From the IMG/VR virus record IMGVR_UViG_3300049856_000052, positions 1 through 52,037 of that record: a DNA stretch of 52,037 bases, one strand, 5' to 3'. This DNA comes from a virus. Lineage: Duplodnaviria > Caudoviricetes. The notes under the pieces were generated by a model. That model did no database searches. It was not told the origin of the DNA and saw only the letters and a list, made by a program, of their open reading frames with translations. The position numbers and the translations under genes are program-made. The stretch's first letter is position 1. Each line of letters starts with the position of its first letter. This document shows, piece after piece, positions 47,379 to 52,037 of the stretch.

Positions 47379-50300
47379 ATGCCACTTACTCTTACTGATG
47401 ACCTAAAGAAGCGACTCTATGCTCGGCATGGTTATGCTGACACTGATTTCGATTTAGAAGCAACTGGTGAAGATACTTACAAGTTCGTTCCTAAGATGGC
47501 TCCTGCGGTTCAACCTGCTGAACCTGCTGAGTCAGTGGCGCCGCTTGCTTCTGCTAATATCCCTAAACCTCCAAGTGGATTAGAGAGCTTTAGTCGTGCT
47601 GCTGCTACTTCTGCTTTTCCAACGGCGGCGAGTTTAGCAACAGTTGCTGGAACGGCAGCAATGCTAACACCAGAACCCACTATTTCTAAATTGCTTGGTC
47701 TTGGGTTGCTGGGAATTGGGTCTTCGTTGGCAGCAAGTAAGTTGCAAGAGGAAGTAGTTCCCGAAAGTATTAAACAAAGTTTGTTTACTCGACCAGAAGA
47801 TATTAAAGAACATCCTATTGCAAGTGCTGCTGGTGGGTTTGTTCCCAATGCTTTAGCATTTAAGCCAAGTTTCAGTGATATTAAGACTCTCGCACAAGGA
47901 GCAAGAAATCTAAGCTGGGCGGCGCAAGGAGCAAAGGGTGCTTTGAACCCTTCTCAACAAGCAGCACTGATTAACGCTGGAGCTAACATTGTTCCTGCTG
48001 CTGGCATGGAAGCTTATGCTCTTGGCTCAGGACAGAAAGAGTTTAATCCTCTTGAATCAGCAATCAACGTTCTTCCGGGAGCATTGTTTACGAGGCCTAC
48101 TGCGCTTGGACAACGACTCGGCTTTCATTCTCCAGAAGTTAAGCCTGATGTAGAGAAAGCTCCTGTAGAAGAATCTACTCCAAATCAAGCTCGATTTACT
48201 ATAGATGCGAATGGAGTTACTCGTGATGCCAATGGAAATCCGATTCAATCTGCTAATATGACAGGAGTTACTGGAGAAGGAGTTACGATAACTCCAACCG
48301 GAGAGACGATTTTAGAAGGAACTGTTCCAAAGACTAAAGATGAAGTAATCAAATACAGAGACAAGGACGGAAAGATTAAGGAATATGTCCTTCAAAAAGG
48401 AGAACCAATTAGAAAGAATCCTTATGAAGCGATGTCTGGAAACACAGACGACACTATTGTAGGAACACATCGTCCTACTAAAAGTGCAGTAGATTCAGCA
48501 GTAGCGATGGAGTCTGCTGATATTCAAGCTAAGAAGAAAGTTGACTATGAAACATCACTCCGAGAAAAAGCTAAGCAAGATGCAGAAGAAGTTTATCATA
48601 AAGCGTTTGAGGAAGCTACTAAAGGTAAACTACTAGGATCAAAGGTCACTGCTCCAGAAGTTCGTCCAGAACCTCTAGCTGTTACTGAGACTGGCAAAGA
48701 GATTATGCCAGATTATACTGGCGTTGAAGTTGATTCTCAAATCCAAAACGCTACTAAGCCCAAGACTGATGCTGAGTGGGCACAAGAACAGTTTGATGCG
48801 ATGGAAGATAAAAGGAAGTATCAACCAGATACTCCTGAGAATCCTAATGAAGTTAAAGACAAAGCTAAATTCTTAGCTGACTTTGAAGCAGAGGCTGCGC
48901 GACGCGGATTGAAGGTTCGTTACGATGATAAGATTACCGTCAATGGTAAGTCAAAGCGTGGATACTTCGACCCTAAAACAAGGGAAGTTGTTATCTCGAA
49001 ATCGAGGGCTACAGAAGATACATTCTCCCACGAAGTTGGGCATGGTTATGTAGATGATTTGCTTGTAAGCAGCAACACCAAGGACCATGAACCAGTGTTG
49101 AGAGGGCTTGAGTTTGCTGATGCTCAAGGTAGAAAGTTTAAGACTAAGGCTGATTGGGAAGCATTGACTCCAGAAGAGCGTGCATCTATTGATGAACGTT
49201 TTGTTCAGCAGCTTGGCGAAGAAGGTGCTAAGCAGAGGAAGGCTGAACTATATGGGAATCGCAGACAGAAGTTTACTAAGTGGGTTGAGAATGTTGGCTC
49301 GAACATTAAGACTAAACTTGGAGTGGGAGATTCAGTAGATAATAGTCGAGGCTTGGCAGTGAGTCAGCGGCACGACTTGAGGAATCTAAAGCCGAGTGGT
49401 GAAGGGGCTATTACTCCAGTTGTTAAGGCGCAAGGCGATAATGAAGGGCAAAAGAAAGCTCCTTATTCTGGTCAAGAAATAAATAATTTTATCAAAGGTA
49501 GGCATCTTCAGTTAGAGAATGCAAGACTGTATTTAGATAGAGATGAGCCTCGCTATGATGCAGCAGAAAGAGCAAAACAAAATCTATTAAAAGACGCTCC
49601 TAAAGAGTTAAAATCTTTAATAGAAGATACTGATTTTTCGAAGATATCTTCAATTAAATCTCTTGAGGCTAAATTATATGAAGAGATTCCAAAGTTATTT
49701 GAACCTCGTATAAAGTTCCAAGGCGACCAGAAGTCTGATTACGAACAATATCAAGAAGTCCAAGCTAAATTGCGAGAAGTGTTGAAAAGCGAAGGAGGTT
49801 TGGAGAGTGCAGAGTTTAGAAAGCTGTGGCAAGATAGTGAAGACATTAAAAACCGTAATGGTAATATGCCGCCGAAGGGTCCAGATAAGAAGTTCCAAGC
49901 GGACAACCAACCTGAGCGAGATACTTTTGAGTTGTCAATTAACAAAGAGCTTAGAACTCCTAAGCCTTTTGGCATAAGTCTTGATAAAGAAGGTAAATTT
50001 GCTGGTAATACTATTGCTGATAAATTGCCTTCAAGTATTCCTAAACTCGAACTTGATATATTGAGAACTGCTGGCATTGAAAAGTTTCTTAGATATGGTC
50101 GCCATACTCCTGCTGAAATTGAGAGTTGGATTAAAGAACATGGTCCTCGTGCTGGGACTCATGTCTATGGCATGGAAGGGAAAGTGAGCGAGGCGAAGAA
50201 GGAGTATGATAAGATGACGCATGAGTGGCGCGATACGGAACTAGCTGGTAGTGAGCAAGAAAAGCTAGACCAATACAGAAAAGGACAACTAACTCGTAGT

Positions 50301-52037
50301 GCGTATGAGAACTGGCTAAAAGACCAACAGGTAATGCCAGATGCAAAACCCGAAACGCTGGCTAAGTATATGGCTAAAGCTGATAGATACACACAGCTAC
50401 GAAAGGAAGTAGATGCAGAGCCTAAACAAGTAACTGCAACCTCCGCCTACGAAACCGTCTCCGCTCTCGACATTCACCAACCAATGCCTGAGTGGACGAC
50501 AAGTAAGAGTGGAAAGAATGTGCAGAGAGTGGATGTGGTGGTGCCTGCTGATGTGGCTAAATATGAGGCTGATGTAAATAGGCCCAAGCGTGGGACTATA
50601 GACGAGACTGGCAAAGTAAACTTCGAGAAGGTAAAAGAAAAAGACCCTGTGCTATGGGAACAAGACAACCTCCACGAAAACCTCCCCAACACTCTCGGCT
50701 GGGCGATGATACAGTATAAGACTGGACCGAAGGGTGAGAAGATAGCAGTGATAGCAGAGGCACAGAGTAGGTGGGGGCAGCAGAGACGCGCACTGATAAA
50801 TAAGTATGAAGTAAAACCATATGAGCAACAGTATGCTCACCTAGAAGGTGAAATACCTAAAGAAAGTAATACCTACTATGGTGTATGGGACAAAGAGGCT
50901 AAACGCTGGATAAGCCCACTGGAAAATGGTAGTGTGGCTATGGAGAAACAAACATGGCTAACGAAATCTGCCGCACAAAGAGCCATAGAAGAGTGGAGTG
51001 ACCAAGCGATAAAAGACCACCCCCTCCTCCGCGACTACAACCATCTCATCCTCAAAGCCGCTATCGAACAAGCGAGGAAAGAAGGTGCTACGCATATCGT
51101 GGTGAGTGATGCAGAGACTGCGATGATGACGGAGGGGCATGATGCACATGCAAAACACCCAGTAATAAAAGAAATACCCACTAACTATTCTGCTAGGGAT
51201 AAAGTTCAGCAGATGCCAACTGATAGAGGCAACCTATACCATGAATACCCTGCCAGTAAGTATGAAATGGAGCATGATAACACACATGACAAATGGATAA
51301 TACGAGATAAACAGCAACCAAAAGTAGCAGACCAAGAACCCGGTATGCGACTCAACTACGACACCATCCTCCCGAAGATAGTCGAAGAACTCACAGGGAG
51401 TAAGGGTGAGAGGGTGAGTTTAGGAGAGCATAAGAATGCGATGGAGAAAGTGCAAGTAGAATCTGGGCCGACTGTAACAGGTAACAATAGAATGGAACCC
51501 CGCACCAACCTCATCTTCAAAAACCCAGACGGCACACCAAAGACTGACGTTTCTGGGGTGATGTATCCACTAGAAACAGTTGCCAATAAACTCAAGTCTG
51601 AACCTTTTTCGCTTACCGGTAAGAAATTCCAAGCCGACTCCGAAGACCCTAATACTTCTACACTAGCTTCCGACATCCAAGGAACTACGCCAGAGCAAAT
51701 TCGTAAGAACATGGATGTTTCTGTTAACTCACCGGAGTTTAAAAAGTCCGGCGTGATTAAACAAAACTTAAACGAACTCAAAACTAAACTACCTATATTT
51801 GGAGCTGACTTAGATAAGTTAGCTACTCGTGGTGGTGAGAGCGGTAAGTATATTGCACCAGCACTTAAAGAAGCTTTAGTTAAGCGTGATGAATTTGAAG
51901 GCAAATGGTTGAATCCTTCTATTGAAAACATTAAGAGTCTTTCTTTTAACGAACAAAAACTTTTAATTGACACACTAAGGGCCGAACGGCGTCAAAATAA
52001 AAGCTTAAAAGATACATTACCTAGTGTAGCTCTTGAG
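47379..52037 (+). CDS. Giant polyvalent/internal virion protein (at least 1553 aa, runs off the right edge; missing from ORF track)
   Basis: Hand translation from ATG 47379 (MPLTLTDDLKKR...) has no stop. It contains hydrophobic N-terminal helices, a zincin HEVGH motif (49029-49043), an E.QS.W module and repeated KFQ linkers. Confidence 0.9.
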   Translation, partial: MPLTLTDDLKKRLYARHGYADTDFDLEATGEDTYKFVPKMAPAVQPAEPAESVAPLASANIPKPPSGLESFSRAAATSAFPTAASLATVAGTAAMLTPEPTISKLLGLGLLGIGSSLAASKLQEEVVPESIKQSLFTRPEDIKEHPIASAAGGFVPNALAFKPSFSDIKTLAQGARNLSWAAQGAKGALNPSQQAALINAGANIVPAAGMEAYALGSGQKEFNPLESAINVLPGALFTRPTALGQRLGFHSPEVKPDVEKAPVEESTPNQARFTIDANGVTRDANGNPIQSANMTGVTGEGVTITPTGETILEGTVPKTKDEVIKYRDKDGKIKEYVLQKGEPIRKNPYEAMSGNTDDTIVGTHRPTKSAVDSAVAMESADIQAKKKVDYETSLREKAKQDAEEVYHKAFEEATKGKLLGSKVTAPEVRPEPLAVTETGKEIMPDYTGVEVDSQIQNATKPKTDAEWAQEQFDAMEDKRKYQPDTPENPNEVKDKAKFLADFEAEAARRGLKVRYDDKITVNGKSKRGYFDPKTREVVISKSRATEDTFSHEVGHGYVDDLLVSSNTKDHEPVLRGLEFADAQGRKFKTKADWEALTPEERASIDERFVQQLGEEGAKQRKAELYGNRRQKFTKWVENVGSNIKTKLGVGDSVDNSRGLAVSQRHDLRNLKPSGEGAITPVVKAQGDNEGQKKAPYSGQEINNFIKGRHLQLENARLYLDRDEPRYDAAERAKQNLLKDAPKELKSLIEDTDFSKISSIKSLEAKLYEEIPKLFEPRIKFQGDQKSDYEQYQEVQAKLREVLKSEGGLESAEFRKLWQDSEDIKNRNGNMPPKGPDKKFQADNQPERDTFELSINKELRTPKPFGISLDKEGKFAGNTIADKLPSSIPKLELDILRTAGIEKFLRYGRHTPAEIESWIKEHGPRAGTHVYGMEGKVSEAKKEYDKMTHEWRDTELAGSEQEKLDQYRKGQLTRSAYENWLKDQQVMPDAKPETLAKYMAKADRYTQLRKEVDAEPKQVTATSAYETVSALDIHQPMPEWTTSKSGKNVQRVDVVVPADVAKYEADVNRPKRGTIDETGKVNFEKVKEKDPVLWEQDNLHENLPNTLGWAMIQYKTGPKGEKIAVIAEAQSRWGQQRRALINKYEVKPYEQQYAHLEGEIPKESNTYYGVWDKEAKRWISPLENGSVAMEKQTWLTKSAAQRAIEEWSDQAIKDHPLLRDYNHLILKAAIEQARKEGATHIVVSDAETAMMTEGHDAHAKHPVIKEIPTNYSARDKVQQMPTDRGNLYHEYPASKYEMEHDNTHDKWIIRDKQQPKVADQEPGMRLNYDTILPKIVEELTGSKGERVSLGEHKNAMEKVQVESGPTVTGNNRMEPRTNLIFKNPDGTPKTDVSGVMYPLETVANKLKSEPFSLTGKKFQADSEDPNTSTLASDIQGTTPEQIRKNMDVSVNSPEFKKSGVIKQNLNELKTKLPIFGADLDKLATRGGESGKYIAPALKEALVKRDEFEGKWLNPSIENIKSLSFNEQKLLIDTLRAERRQNKSLKDTLPSVALE
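49786..49900 (+). repeat. 115-bp exact direct repeat, copy 2
   Basis: Identical to bases 1-115 and in the same reading frame. Confidence 0.97.

Noticed and set aside
49786-49900. 115-bp repeat as the phage's terminal direct repeat
   Set aside because: It lies inside a coding module and 2.1 kb from the window end. Physical termini more plausibly lie in the 25.5-26.1 kb non-coding region.
1-52037. Stop-codon reassignment or prophage state
   Set aside because: Genes tile densely under the standard code with TAA, TAG and TGA all used as stops. No integrase, repressor or flanking host genes are seen.

Overview
Near-complete, circularly permuted genome of a tailed dsDNA phage with podovirus-like organisation. 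No integrase, repressor or RNA polymerase is visible. A leftward arm (about 25.2 kb down to 3.05 kb, minus strand) carries early, replication and metabolism genes: split family A DNA polymerase, split SF2 helicase, Sak4-like ATPase, Cas4-like nuclease, dNMP kinase, MazG, RNA ligase, a DfrB-like protein, a tRNA-like RNA and many RNA stems. A rightward arm (26.2 kb to the end, continuing at 1-3062) carries terminase, portal, scaffold, capsid, tail and ejection genes plus a giant polyvalent protein. The main finding is a candidate sigma54-based phage transcription programme: a phage-encoded enhancer-binding AAA+ activator (intact GAFTGA, no HTH) and nine -24/-12 motifs (TGGCAY-N5-HTGCW), eight of them facing downstream genes in both arms, including terminase and major capsid. 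Second, the giant protein is built from modules separated by a recurring (K/R)-(F/Y/A)-Q linker, carries its own HExxH protease, and shows two alternative cassettes between identical DNA flanks. All family calls come from motif recognition by eye, not database searches. The host is unknown; Verrucomicrobiota-like is only an inference.
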